Shown: in pieces, positions 9,524-19,917 of the stretch
Layout: each line of letters starts with the position of its first letter
Position numbering within the stretch: the first letter of the stretch is position 1
Translations under genes and position numbers: made by a program
Notes under the pieces: model-generated
The model's database searches: none
What the model was told of the DNA's origin: nothing
The model's input: only the letters and a program-made list of their open reading frames with translations
Source of the DNA: Elusimicrobiota bacterium
Lineage (GTDB): Bacteria > Elusimicrobiota > Endomicrobiia > Endomicrobiales > JBDRNC01
Length of the DNA stretch: 64,000 bases
Direction of reading: 5' to 3'
Assembly (NCBI GenBank): GCA_043811535.1
Contig: JBDRNC010000039.1
Coordinates: forward strand, 64,001 to 128,000

Positions 9524-11110
9524 TTATAACTTATAAGATATTATTTTATAAATTTCAGTCTTGTAGGGCGGTTTCTTTGAAATAACGCCTCTTCCGAGAA
9601 ACTGATCATTGATAGTGTTTACTAAAGCGAAATTCTTCCTGGGAAGCTCATTGCCGCCGAAGTACGCGGAAATTACGGGTTTAAAATATTCGTCGGCGAC
9701 GACGTACTCTATCTTTCTTTTATTAAGGAAATCCAGGAACGCTTTTTCGCTTTCTTTACGGGATTTATAATCGCCGGGAACGTTAAGCTCTTTAAGTATC
9801 GTGACAACCCTGGAAATATAGAATTGACCGCCGTAATACCGGGCGTCTTTAAAGGCATACCAGTGGCTGGTGACGCCTATTATGCCCTTTTTTGTGTCCA
9901 CGGAAGCGTTTATTTTCCCGTAATACTCGCCGGGGTTATAGTCTTTTTTCACAAAGGAATGATAAAAATACTTTTCAAGCAGGTATCCCTGATATAAAGA
10001 AGAGGCAAGAAGTATTAGAAGCGACATAATTAAAGCCGCTAATTTCCTGCGTTCAAAGAGTTCTTCTAAAGCAATCCCCGCGAGAATGCATAACGGCGGA
10101 AGATATACCAGCAAATAAGTGCGGAACGCAGTTTTTTCAACGACTGACATGAACGCGAACATTATGACGAGCCATGCGACAAGATACCCGGCGGATTGGT
10201 ATTTATGCCTGAATTTAAACCAGAAACCGGCAAGGATGGACAAGTAAAGCAATTCAAATGCGCCCACAACGGCATATCTTCCGCTGAACAATGAGAGCAG
10301 TCTTTCAAATTCGCTCAACAAGGTCCTGAGTGTTATCGAGCCGCCGTCCGAAGAAGCGGCCGCCAGGTGGTATTTGATATAATTATCCAATCCTATCGGG
10401 AGTATGTTTAATGCCAGCCAGTAAATCAGCGATACAATAGAACCCGTTATGAGAAGAAGTGAATTCGGCGAAAACAGCTTCTTTCTGTTGAAAATAACGT
10501 ACATTAAATAAACTCCAGCGACGATTTCAACGCCTCTCAGGCTGATATCTACGGACAAGCCGCTTACAAAGCCCGAGAGAAGGAACAACGCGCCGCGGTT
10601 CTTTATCAGCGCGTTGCTTATCAGGAGGAACGATAGAAACGCGAAAAGGCAGTGCATCATATCCTGCCTCGCGTCAGGAAGAGAGACCGTTAGAAGGGGC
10701 GAAGCGAGAAATATGAATCCCGATAAAACCGCGGCTTTTTCGGACACGTGCTTATACGCCCAGTAAAACACGCAGCCCGCGAGAAGCAGTCCGGCGATAT
10801 AGGAAACGAGCCGGGCCTGGAAAAGGCCGACGCCCGCGATCAGGTAGAAAAAATGATGGATCAAATAGAATGTTTTCCCTATCCCCGTGTTCCAGTTCGC
10901 TCCGAACGGTATGTCGGGCGCCATTACTCCGGTGAAGCTCCTGTTAAGGTGGTACGCAATATCGCTTATCCAACCTTCGCCAAGCCCGCCGCTGAAAGCG
11001 TCCAGTGTGAAAAGCTGCAGTAATTTGAAGATAAGCGGTATTATGAGAAGATAATAATAATTGAAAATACGGTTCGTGTTCTGCGTGCCTTTATCCTGGT
11101 TGTTAAACAT
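9524..11110 (-). CDS. Integral membrane GT-C glycosyltransferase (ArnT/PMT-like)
   Basis: Multiple hydrophobic segments, GLFQARLVS, DARQD, RTYLL..LPPL, soluble C-terminal domain. Confidence 0.7.
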   Translation of the reverse strand: MFNNQDKGTQNTNRIFNYYYLLIIPLIFKLLQLFTLDAFSGGLGEGWISDIAYHLNRSFTGVMAPDIPFGANWNTGIGKTFYLIHHFFYLIAGVGLFQARLVSYIAGLLLAGCVFYWAYKHVSEKAAVLSGFIFLASPLLTVSLPDARQDMMHCLFAFLSFLLISNALIKNRGALFLLSGFVSGLSVDISLRGVEIVAGVYLMYVIFNRKKLFSPNSLLLITGSIVSLIYWLALNILPIGLDNYIKYHLAAASSDGGSITLRTLLSEFERLLSLFSGRYAVVGAFELLYLSILAGFWFKFRHKYQSAGYLVAWLVIMFAFMSVVEKTAFRTYLLVYLPPLCILAGIALEELFERRKLAALIMSLLILLASSLYQGYLLEKYFYHSFVKKDYNPGEYYGKINASVDTKKGIIGVTSHWYAFKDARYYGGQFYISRVVTILKELNVPGDYKSRKESEKAFLDFLNKRKIEYVVADEYFKPVISAYFGGNELPRKNFALVNTINDQFLGRGVISKKPPYKTEIYKIISYKL

Positions 11111-11118
11111 AATCCCTT

Positions 11119-12549
11119 TCAGTCCTTGAGCCTTAGAATAATCAAGGCTCCTTTTAATATGCGGATAAACTCGCCTATGCTGGAAATCCTTCGAAGCTCA
11201 TTTAAAACGATCCTGGGCCTCAAATAAAACCGTTTGTGGGCCTGCGAATGGATCTCATACATCCTTTTAGCCGGTACTTTTTCCTCCCACGCTATCTGAA
11301 AGTTGGGATCGGGATTCTTGGCATATTCCGACCAGTAATCTTTCTTAAAGAAACCTGACTTCAAGCCGTCTTCGTAAATACGGGTTCCTGGGAACGGTAT
11401 GAAAACGCTGAATTCCGCGTGGTCAAGGTTAAGTTTTAGCGCGAATCTTATGATCTCATCCGCGTCTTTTTCATCTTCGCCGGGAGTGAACAGCAGGAAA
11501 TTCCCGACGCACATCATACCGTACTTCTTCGTCAGGTTTACGGCATTCACTATATCCTTGACAGTGGAGGCTTTCTTGACCCTGGCGAGGCTTTCATCGG
11601 TGGCTTTCTCAATGCCGTACTGGATCCGCTCGCACCCGGCCTGTTTCGCCTTCCTGGCGAATTCGTCCGTGATTCCCGTAACCCTTCCGCGGAAAGCCCA
11701 CTTTATTTTAATGTTCCTTCTCAATATTTCATCGCAAACCGCGATCGCGCGTTCCGCGGAAATATTGAAAAGGTCGTCGAAGAAGAACGCTTCTTCTATC
11801 CCGAGGCCGGCGATATATTCCAATTCATCCACCACGTTTTTAGCGCTCCTGAACCTGTACATCCTGTCAGGTGTGTTACAAAACGTGCACTGGAACGGGC
11901 ATCCCCTGCTGCTCATGATAGTGGTCATAGTCCGCTGTTTGCCCAGTATGCAGAAATAGAGCTCTTTCTTAAGATACGTGCGGTCCGGGAAAGGAAGTGA
12001 ATCCAGGTCCTGCACGCGCGCGAATCCGTTCTTGAATATTTTGCCGTCAGACAGCCGGCAGACGATGCCCTCTATTTTTTTCAGGGCTTCATCATGATCT
12101 CCCGGAGGCAGTTTTTTGTCCAGAAGCTCGACAAGCGCTTTAAAAGCGTACTCGCCGTCTCCGCAGACGGCGTAGTCTATTTCCCGGAAAGAAAGCGTTT
12201 CATCGGGGTATAAAGCTATATGAGGCCCTCCGAGCACGACGACGCATTTCGGGTTCAGTTTCTTGGCTGTTTTCGCGATGTCAAGCACGTTCCTTAGAGT
12301 CATCGTGAAAGTAGTGATCCCGAGGATGTCAGGTTTAAGCAGAGCGATCTTTTCTTCGATATTCTTGTAGGTCAGCCTTTCGCTTTCAGAGTCAAGTATG
12401 TGGACTTCATGTTTTGACGTGTTTCTCAGGTACGTGCCAACATACAGAATACCCAGAGGCGGAAAGAATCCCATGTTCTGCGAGATATCATTTGAAGTTT
12501 CAAGGGTAAGAGCCCCTTCGGAAGGGGCGACCATCAACAATACTTTCAT
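11119..12549 (-). CDS. B12-binding-domain radical SAM protein
   Basis: PPLGILY, LGGPH, GDGE, SRGCPFQCTFC, FFDDLF, PFPGT. Confidence 0.93.
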   Translation of the reverse strand: MKVLLMVAPSEGALTLETSNDISQNMGFFPPLGILYVGTYLRNTSKHEVHILDSESERLTYKNIEEKIALLKPDILGITTFTMTLRNVLDIAKTAKKLNPKCVVVLGGPHIALYPDETLSFREIDYAVCGDGEYAFKALVELLDKKLPPGDHDEALKKIEGIVCRLSDGKIFKNGFARVQDLDSLPFPDRTYLKKELYFCILGKQRTMTTIMSSRGCPFQCTFCNTPDRMYRFRSAKNVVDELEYIAGLGIEEAFFFDDLFNISAERAIAVCDEILRRNIKIKWAFRGRVTGITDEFARKAKQAGCERIQYGIEKATDESLARVKKASTVKDIVNAVNLTKKYGMMCVGNFLLFTPGEDEKDADEIIRFALKLNLDHAEFSVFIPFPGTRIYEDGLKSGFFKKDYWSEYAKNPDPNFQIAWEEKVPAKRMYEIHSQAHKRFYLRPRIVLNELRRISSIGEFIRILKGALIILRLKD

Positions 12550-12563
12550 TTAATTATCTCCGG

Positions 12564-13703
12564 TTATATTTCTTCTATGAACTTCAGCTGTTTGATGCCT
12601 GTCCGGAAGGCGAAGAATAATCCTACGATGACCTCCGGCAAGACCATTACGATGTTGATCAGCAGAGAGAATAAAACAATCTTAGAGTACAATACCGAGT
12701 CAATTCCGACTCCCATTCCTTTGTAGATAAGCCCCACGGCAAAAACTGTCGCTATGCTAATTATCCCGATGCCTCCGGGAGCAGACGGAAGAGTCATTCC
12801 GAGGCATATGCACGCCAATATGCAGAAAGAGGCGTAAAACGGAAGATTAAAGTCAAAAAGCCGCATTATCGGGACTATCGATAAGGCTATTATGACCCAC
12901 ATTATCAGCGATAGAAAGGTCACTGAAGCAAGGGACTTCGGGTTATTCAGTATCTTAAGGCCTTCAGAGAACGATTTGACATGTTTCAGCAGCTTTTCAG
13001 ACGACACTCCTGGAAAAATCTTTTTCAGTAGTGCGGAAAATCCGTCATTGAATTTGAAAAAAAGAAATGCCGCCAGAAACGCGCCGCCGTAAATCACAAG
13101 CCCGCCTATCCCCATAAACGACAGATCGGAGTAGCCTTTTTTTAGGAATAACAGGAAAAAGAACAAAAATGACAGGGCCATCAATCCGTCAAAGATCCTT
13201 TCAATCAAAAGAGTCGACAGCGTTGACAATTTGCTGACGCCGAAAGCATTCCCAAAATGATAGGTCCTTACAAGTTCGCCCCCCTTAGCCGGGAGAATAT
13301 GGTTGAAAAGATGGCCTATCATAACGCTTGGGTAAAGATCAGAGAAATTCAGGGCTTTTTCCCTGCCCAATATCACTTTCCAGCGGAATGTCTGTACAAC
13401 GGAGCTTAGAAGAATTAAAAGCGAAGCGCCAAAAAGAGGCACTACATTTATATTTTTGATGCTTGCAACAAAACTGCCAAGTTCAATTTTCGTGAATATT
13501 ATGTCGATGAACATCGCGCTGAAAGCAAGTCCGAACCAATACTGTATAAGCAGTTTCTTCTTAAGAAAAAGTATCAGAATACCGTTAACAAGCAGGAACA
13601 AGGCGAATAAGCACAGATAAAGCGTATTATGGCTTAAATAGTACCTTGCCGCGAAAAACAGCACGGGAACAAAAGAGAATGCTATTAAAAAAAGTTTTTT
13701 CAT
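12564..13703 (-). CDS. LPG-synthase-TM (UPF0104) family flippase-like membrane protein
   Basis: FRWK, NHILPAKGGELVR, ERIFD, LPSAPGGIG. Confidence 0.88.
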   Translation of the reverse strand: MKKLFLIAFSFVPVLFFAARYYLSHNTLYLCLFALFLLVNGILILFLKKKLLIQYWFGLAFSAMFIDIIFTKIELGSFVASIKNINVVPLFGASLLILLSSVVQTFRWKVILGREKALNFSDLYPSVMIGHLFNHILPAKGGELVRTYHFGNAFGVSKLSTLSTLLIERIFDGLMALSFLFFFLLFLKKGYSDLSFMGIGGLVIYGGAFLAAFLFFKFNDGFSALLKKIFPGVSSEKLLKHVKSFSEGLKILNNPKSLASVTFLSLIMWVIIALSIVPIMRLFDFNLPFYASFCILACICLGMTLPSAPGGIGIISIATVFAVGLIYKGMGVGIDSVLYSKIVLFSLLINIVMVLPEVIVGLFFAFRTGIKQLKFIEEI

Positions 13704-15289
13704 TTAGGTTTATTGCAATCTGATTCCGTGGAATATTCAGTGGATTCTGTCATCACTTCAAAGCATTTACGAAGCTCCTCAATTCTGTTGAAATTCCGCG
13801 TTAATATATTCCCTTCCGGCTTTTCAACAGCGGTTTCCTTTTTGTCTGAGCCTTTTTTGAGGAAATCATAAAAATAATGTTTGAGAGTTCTTCCAATCAA
13901 TTCAAGGTACTCGAGCGGGGTGTGCCTGTAATAGAATATCTTCCTGCCGTAGGATGTAATCGCGAAAAAATAATGAACGAAGAAAAACAACTTGTTCGGT
14001 TTCCAAAAGATCAGATGCTTCGCTATGAGATTTCTTAAAAACGGGAATTTTACCGCAACGATCGCAAGCTCGCACAGATTATACTGAGCGTTTCTTTCGC
14101 GCTCGGTAAAGCAGGTAAGCGGGCTTGTGTTCCGCATCCCGTAATTAATATTGTCGCCGTCGGTGTTGAAAACGCCCTTGTCTTTGCAGTAATTACCGAG
14201 ATCGGTGCCGGGATAGGGCATGAATATGGAAAAATTCGGCATGTCGGGCTGGACCTTTATAGCGAAATCCAGCGACGCGATGTCATGTTCAAGAGTCGTG
14301 AACGGAAGCGCGAGCATCGTATTGGCGTAAACATTTATTTTGTGTTTTTTGAATATCCGGAAGCCATTTTCAAGTTTTTCCTTAGGAAGCCTGCGGCGAA
14401 GCATGCGGTTTCTGACATCATCGTCCGCGGCCTCTATGGACATGCAGATCGAGAAGCAACCGGCTTTTTTCAGGTAAAACGCCATCTCATCCGTAATAAG
14501 TTCCGACCTGAGCAGGCAGTAAAACGGCGTTTTTATCTCCTTTGACCATTTTTCGGCGAATTCCTTGAGCCACTCGTCGGTTTTATGAATAAAAACATCA
14601 TCCTGTATCCTGACAAATTCAACTCTGTAGTTCTTTATCAATTCCTTCATTTCGCCGATTATAGAATCAACGCTTCTTCTTCTGAATATTCTCCCCTTGT
14701 TCTTATAAACGTTGTTATATTGATTGTTGAAGCAATAAGGGCACGGGAAGACGCAGCCCCTGCTCGTCCAGATGCCTTTTATCCCGAATTTACCCATTTC
14801 GGGATAGGAATAAACAAGCTCCCTGTCCATGAACGGCAGCGATTCAAAATTGTCCAGCAATGGTCTTATCTCAAGTTTCAAATCGGTAGAGGTCATGATA
14901 TTGGGTATTCCGTCAAGAGTTTCCCCTTTTTCAAGAGCTTCCACGACGTCTACGATGGCCTGGTCGCCTTCGCCCACGCAGATAGCGTCGATGTTCGGGT
15001 CGCTTATGCATGCGGTATCAAGCGTGGAATGCGGCCCGCCCAGCAGCGTGAATATCTTTGTCGTTTTGCGGAGCTCGTCGTTGAATATTTTCATGTCAGC
15101 CATGTCCACGGACATCATGCTGTAGGCCAGGAGATTCGGTTTCCATGAGCGTATTTTTTCTTTCAGATCTTCTTGTTTTATCACGCCGAGGACGGTCTGG
15201 TGCCCGCGCTGTTTTAATATTGCGGACAAAATCATCGGCCCGAAGGGTTCATTAATGCCCAGGTCATTTACTATAAACATTACTCTCAT
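13700..15289 (-). CDS. B12-binding-domain radical SAM protein
   Basis: LGGPHST, GEGD, SRGCVFPCPYC, QDDVF, PYPGT. Confidence 0.92.
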   Translation of the reverse strand: MRVMFIVNDLGINEPFGPMILSAILKQRGHQTVLGVIKQEDLKEKIRSWKPNLLAYSMMSVDMADMKIFNDELRKTTKIFTLLGGPHSTLDTACISDPNIDAICVGEGDQAIVDVVEALEKGETLDGIPNIMTSTDLKLEIRPLLDNFESLPFMDRELVYSYPEMGKFGIKGIWTSRGCVFPCPYCFNNQYNNVYKNKGRIFRRRSVDSIIGEMKELIKNYRVEFVRIQDDVFIHKTDEWLKEFAEKWSKEIKTPFYCLLRSELITDEMAFYLKKAGCFSICMSIEAADDDVRNRMLRRRLPKEKLENGFRIFKKHKINVYANTMLALPFTTLEHDIASLDFAIKVQPDMPNFSIFMPYPGTDLGNYCKDKGVFNTDGDNINYGMRNTSPLTCFTERERNAQYNLCELAIVAVKFPFLRNLIAKHLIFWKPNKLFFFVHYFFAITSYGRKIFYYRHTPLEYLELIGRTLKHYFYDFLKKGSDKKETAVEKPEGNILTRNFNRIEELRKCFEVMTESTEYSTESDCNKPK

Positions 15290-15293
15290 ATGT

Positions 15294-16409
15294 TTATTTT
15301 CCGCCTTTATAGAAATTCTTTATAATCTCCGCGATCTGTTCGATATCTTTTGAAAAAAGCTCGGGATACATGGGCAGTGACAATATCTCGCCAGCGTTCT
15401 TTTCGGCTATAGGAAAACTGCTTGCCGGATATCCAAGGAACCTGTAGCTTTTCTGCAAGTGAACCGGCACGGGATAATGGATGAGCGTTCCAACGCCGTT
15501 TTCCGCAAGATGCTTCTGAAGATTGTCGCGGTCCTTGCATTTAATCACAAAAAGGTGGAATATATGTTTTGAATTCCCCGCTTCCGAAGGCAGCACGACT
15601 TCGGGCAGATTACCCAGAAGTTCGACATACATGCCCGCCAGCTGCCTTCTTCTCTGGTTCCATTCGTCTAAATACGGCAGTTTCACTTCGAGCACGGCCG
15701 CCTGGATCTCGTCAAGACGGCTGTTGAAACCGACTATCTTGTGGAAATAGCGTTTCTCCTGGCCGTAATTCCTCAGAAATACCAGTTTTTCCGCCAGGGT
15801 CTTATCATCGGTCGTGATCATGCCCCCGTCGCCGTAGGCGCCAAGATTCTTGCTGGGATAAAAACTGAAACATCCCATTTTCCCCAAAATGCCTGATTTT
15901 TTGGTTTTATATTGGGCTCCGTGCGCCTGGCAGGCGTCTTCAATAACCGTGATATTATATTTTTTGGCTATTTCATTTATGAGATCCATGTCGCAGCAAT
16001 GGCCGAAAAGATGAACGGGAATAATCGCTTTTGTCTTCGGGGTAATAGCTGCTTCCAGTTTAGACGGGTCCATTGTGTAAGTTTTCTGGTCGATGTCGAC
16101 GAATTTCGGAGTAGCTCCGGAGAATGATATGGCAGATACGGTCGGGACCGCGGTATTGGGGACCGTGATGACCTCATCTCCCGGCCCCGCGGAAGACGCT
16201 ACAAGCGCGAGATGAAGGGCCTCGGTCCCGGAACCGACGCCTACCGCGTGCGCCGACCCGCAATAGGAAGCGAACTTCTTTTCAAAGGATTGAAGCTCTT
16301 CTCCGAGAATATACCATCCTCTGTCGAGGACTCGCTGGATTGCCGCGTCGAGTTCCTTTTTGTGGGCTTTGTAAGAGACTGCCAGATCGCCAAAAGGTAT
16401 TTTTTTCAT
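15294..16409 (-). CDS. DegT/DnrJ/EryC1/StrS sugar aminotransferase
   Basis: EDACQAHGA, FSFYPSKNLGAYGDGG, NSRLDEIQAA. Start at 16409 forms an ATGA overlap with the upstream stop. Confidence 0.95.
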   Translation of the reverse strand: MKKIPFGDLAVSYKAHKKELDAAIQRVLDRGWYILGEELQSFEKKFASYCGSAHAVGVGSGTEALHLALVASSAGPGDEVITVPNTAVPTVSAISFSGATPKFVDIDQKTYTMDPSKLEAAITPKTKAIIPVHLFGHCCDMDLINEIAKKYNITVIEDACQAHGAQYKTKKSGILGKMGCFSFYPSKNLGAYGDGGMITTDDKTLAEKLVFLRNYGQEKRYFHKIVGFNSRLDEIQAAVLEVKLPYLDEWNQRRRQLAGMYVELLGNLPEVVLPSEAGNSKHIFHLFVIKCKDRDNLQKHLAENGVGTLIHYPVPVHLQKSYRFLGYPASSFPIAEKNAGEILSLPMYPELFSKDIEQIAEIIKNFYKGGK

Positions 16410-17419
16410 CGCCAGTAATGCTGTTTTCCGTATTTTTTGTAGTATCCAATCGTCTTTTTCATTCCTGTTTCCAGGTCGGTTTTGGGTTCCCACCCGAGAA
16501 TTTCATTTGCCAGGTCATAATCGGAATAATAATCGCCGATATCTATCTTTTTAAGATTACTCGGGAAAGGAAGAAGCTTGAATTTCCCGCCGCCGTTTAT
16601 TTTTATCATGGTTTTCACTATGTCCGCGAGCGAAACATGGACATGGTCCCCGAGATTCATCGCCCGGCCGACCGCTTTTTCTTCGATCCCGCTGGCCAGC
16701 AGCGCGTCAACCACGTCATCAATATAGTTCAGGTCCCTCAGCTGCCTGCCGTCGCCGAAGATGGTTATCTCCTTATTGTTCAGGAGCAGGTTGATGAACC
16801 ATCCTAAAAAGCCCTGGCGGTTGTGCTTGACGAGCAGCCTGGGCCCGTAGGTGTTCGTAAGTCTCAAAACAACTGTTTTAATGCCGTAAATGCTGTTATA
16901 CAGCAGGTGGTACTGCTCCCCAGCTATCTTATTTATACCGTTAATATCGGTTGGATTAAGCGGATGCTTTTCGTCCACGGGCAGGTAAAGGGGTTTCCCG
17001 TAGATTTGCCTTGTGCTGGCGAATACGATTTTCATCTCGGGATTGTTTTTCCTGCACGCTTCAAGGATAGAAAGCTGGCTTTTTGTGTTGATGTCAAGAT
17101 CCGTGAAAGGGTCCTCCATGCTGTCTATGTGGCTGACCTGACCCGCAAGATTGAACATGAGCTTGTAGCCGCGGACCAGGTATCGCATGCTGAACTCATC
17201 TCTTACGTCCGCGATGTTTATTTTAACGGCGTTCTTCACGGGCTGGATGTTGAAAAGATTGCCGCCGTACTGCGGTATCAGGGAATCAATTATCGTTACC
17301 TTCGCGCCGAGACGGACCAGTTCAATGGCCAGATTGCTGCCGATAAACCCGAGCCCCCCTGTTATTAATACCGGAAGGTCTTTATAGAATCCGGAATGAG
17401 AGATACCCGGTTTTTTCAT
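16406..17419 (-). CDS. NAD-dependent epimerase/dehydratase (SDR, atypical catalytic motif)
   Basis: ITGGLGFIGS, ASTRQIYG, NGINK in place of YxxxK, LTNTYGP. Confidence 0.9.
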   Translation of the reverse strand: MKKPGISHSGFYKDLPVLITGGLGFIGSNLAIELVRLGAKVTIIDSLIPQYGGNLFNIQPVKNAVKINIADVRDEFSMRYLVRGYKLMFNLAGQVSHIDSMEDPFTDLDINTKSQLSILEACRKNNPEMKIVFASTRQIYGKPLYLPVDEKHPLNPTDINGINKIAGEQYHLLYNSIYGIKTVVLRLTNTYGPRLLVKHNRQGFLGWFINLLLNNKEITIFGDGRQLRDLNYIDDVVDALLASGIEEKAVGRAMNLGDHVHVSLADIVKTMIKINGGGKFKLLPFPSNLKKIDIGDYYSDYDLANEILGWEPKTDLETGMKKTIGYYKKYGKQHYWR

Positions 17420-18396
17420 GACTGCTTTCCTCCTAAGCGGATTTCATCGGAAATCGCATCAAGGTGTTCTTTAATAATGAACTGCGGAGTGGAATTATAG
17501 GAAAGATACATTTTACCGAGATATTCCCCTATCAATCCGAGAGAGATAAGCTGGGCACCCGAGAATGTGATGACGCATACAATCAGCGACGGCCATCCGG
17601 CCGGCCATTCGCCGTAAGGGTCGAAGACCAGCATCAGCAGAATAAAATAAATGATCATTCCCACGCCGAAAAGCGTCAGCAAAGCGCCTATCATAAAACT
17701 GATCCTTAACGGGAGCACGGAAAAATTAATGAACATGTTCAACCAGAGCGAAGTCAGTTTCCAAAGCGTATAATTCGATTTCCCTTCCTTTCTTTCATGG
17801 TGCACCACCGTCATCTGTCCGATGTTTGCCGTTACTCGCAGGATCAGGCCGTCGATATACGTATAGGGCGCGCGGTATTTCGTGATTTCATTGATGATAA
17901 ACCTGTTTACGCACTTGAAGCTTGAAAGATAAAGGTTTTCAGGCTTTTTAAGGAGCAAAACCGACATGCGGTCATTCATCCAGCTTCCGAAGTTCCTGAA
18001 CCAGTTGTGCTTTTTGTGTTCGTAACGTGTGTATATCACGTCATAATGGTTGTTCAGCATGTATTCATAAACCTTTATTATCTCTTCCGGCGGGTTTTGG
18101 AAATCATCGTCCATTATGATCGCATAGTCGCCGATGCACTGGTTAAGCCCGGCTATTACAGTGTTGTGTTCTCCAAAGTTGCGCGACAGCCTGAAATACC
18201 TGACTATTTTCGGATTCTCAATTTGCTTTTCCACGCAAACGGCGTGCGAATTGTCCTTGCTGGCGTCGTTGACAAGGACGATCTCAAAATTATAGTCATC
18301 CAGCACCCGCATTATCTCGTCAACCAGCCCGCCGATCGTTTTTTCGCTGTTGAAAACCGGGATTACAACGCTTAATTTGTGTTTTTTTCTTTGCAT
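17416..18396 (-). CDS. GT2 polyprenyl-phosphate glycosyltransferase (ArnC/GtrB-like)
   Basis: VIPVFN, VNDASKD, SRNFGEH, MDDDFQNPP, two C-terminal TM helices, GLIGEYLG. Confidence 0.92.
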   Translation of the reverse strand: MQRKKHKLSVVIPVFNSEKTIGGLVDEIMRVLDDYNFEIVLVNDASKDNSHAVCVEKQIENPKIVRYFRLSRNFGEHNTVIAGLNQCIGDYAIIMDDDFQNPPEEIIKVYEYMLNNHYDVIYTRYEHKKHNWFRNFGSWMNDRMSVLLLKKPENLYLSSFKCVNRFIINEITKYRAPYTYIDGLILRVTANIGQMTVVHHERKEGKSNYTLWKLTSLWLNMFINFSVLPLRISFMIGALLTLFGVGMIIYFILLMLVFDPYGEWPAGWPSLIVCVITFSGAQLISLGLIGEYLGKMYLSYNSTPQFIIKEHLDAISDEIRLGGKQS

Positions 18397-18411
18397 AAGA
18401 TCCCTCCCGCG

Positions 18412-19917
18412 TTAAAATTTATTTAGCTCGCCATTTTCAGGGGTGGCGGGCTTTTTTAACTTAAATATATTAAGAATTGAAATTATGTTCGTCCTGGTGA
18501 TTATCCTGGCCTTAACTCCCATGTATATAAATACAAAAAGTGCGATTATTTTTACTCCATACTTGGCCGCAGGATGTATCCCCGCATGCCTGAAGAGTAT
18601 CAGTACAATCGCACTAATGAATATGTTCAAATATAGCTGAAATAATAGGTTTTTTTCGTATTTTATTTTATAAAATCTCTGTGAAATTATAACAAAAATC
18701 GTGTTTATAGTCAATATCGTTATAGTCATGCTCAAACCGGCTCCCATGGGGCCGAATTTTGGTATCAATATCAGGTTAAGCCCTACGTTTATCAGCAGGC
18801 TCAGGACCGATACCGGGAAAGACAAATACGCTTTCTTGACATAGGCTATCTGCGCCCCGACCAATTTTCCGAAAGTCTGCGTTGAAATCCCGCACAACAG
18901 GATCAGCATGACATTAATGGCCTTGCCGTAGCTTGGCGGGGCCATAATACGGAAGAATTCTTCTCCGAATAGCACCATCATGATGACCGCGGAGAGCGAA
19001 ATATAGGTAAATATCGTAAAGTTCCTTCCGATCGAAGCGGAACCTTCATCCCCTTTATCGAACATCTCTTTCATGAATATCGGGTGGAACGTCGACTGAA
19101 CGGCGGTCATGAATACAAACAGTTTATTTGAGACATTCTGCGCAATGCTGAATAATCCGGCGCTTGCCAGCGAATCAACGGCCCTCAGCAGGTATTTATC
19201 GAAGAAACCGTATATTGAGCCTGTGAACAGCGATGGGAGCAAAGGGATCCCGTACTTCAGATTGTCTTTCAGCATCTTTGTGTTCCAGCTGAACGGAAGC
19301 TTTCTGAGAAAATTGAAATACATCATGGAAAAGGCTATAGAGACCGAGGCAAGCGTGGCGTATATGACCCCCATATATCCCGCCCCAAAAAAGACGACGA
19401 GAGTCAGGCCCAGAGCGGTGTTAACGAGCATTTGAACTATTGTATAAAACGAGTACCTTTTGCCGTCCTCCATGTTCCTGTACATCAGAAGGCAAAAATT
19501 GAAGAGGATGCCGAAAGCGATTCCGATGTATGAGACAATGATCGCCGAGCTGTATTCGGGAGAGCCCATTACGAAATTTGATATGACCGTTTTCAGCAGG
19601 AACACTGCCGGAGCGGAGACGAGGAACATGATACTGAGAAAGACGATTGTCGTGTTTACGAGCCCGCCCAGGTCGTTAATGTTTTTTCTGTATTCAAAAT
19701 AATACCTTTCTGCGCCGACATTCACGTTAAATGTCATCGCATTGGCTATGATGCTCGGGAATGTCTGCGCGAGAGCTATCAGCCCGAAATCCTTGGGAGT
19801 AAGATACCTTGTCATTATCGGGAATGTGATAAACGGAATAATCGCGCTCAAGACTGAGGGCGAGAGATAGGCCAGGATATTCTTTATTCTTTTCTCTTTT
19901 TTATCGGCTTCAGTCAT
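18412..19917 (-). CDS. wzx: Wzx-type oligosaccharide flippase
   Basis: 501 aa polytopic protein; TRYLTPKDFG, YGIPLLP, DKYLL, LIPKFGPMGA. Confidence 0.9.
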   Translation of the reverse strand: MTEADKKEKRIKNILAYLSPSVLSAIIPFITFPIMTRYLTPKDFGLIALAQTFPSIIANAMTFNVNVGAERYYFEYRKNINDLGGLVNTTIVFLSIMFLVSAPAVFLLKTVISNFVMGSPEYSSAIIVSYIGIAFGILFNFCLLMYRNMEDGKRYSFYTIVQMLVNTALGLTLVVFFGAGYMGVIYATLASVSIAFSMMYFNFLRKLPFSWNTKMLKDNLKYGIPLLPSLFTGSIYGFFDKYLLRAVDSLASAGLFSIAQNVSNKLFVFMTAVQSTFHPIFMKEMFDKGDEGSASIGRNFTIFTYISLSAVIMMVLFGEEFFRIMAPPSYGKAINVMLILLCGISTQTFGKLVGAQIAYVKKAYLSFPVSVLSLLINVGLNLILIPKFGPMGAGLSMTITILTINTIFVIISQRFYKIKYEKNLLFQLYLNIFISAIVLILFRHAGIHPAAKYGVKIIALFVFIYMGVKARIITRTNIISILNIFKLKKPATPENGELNKF

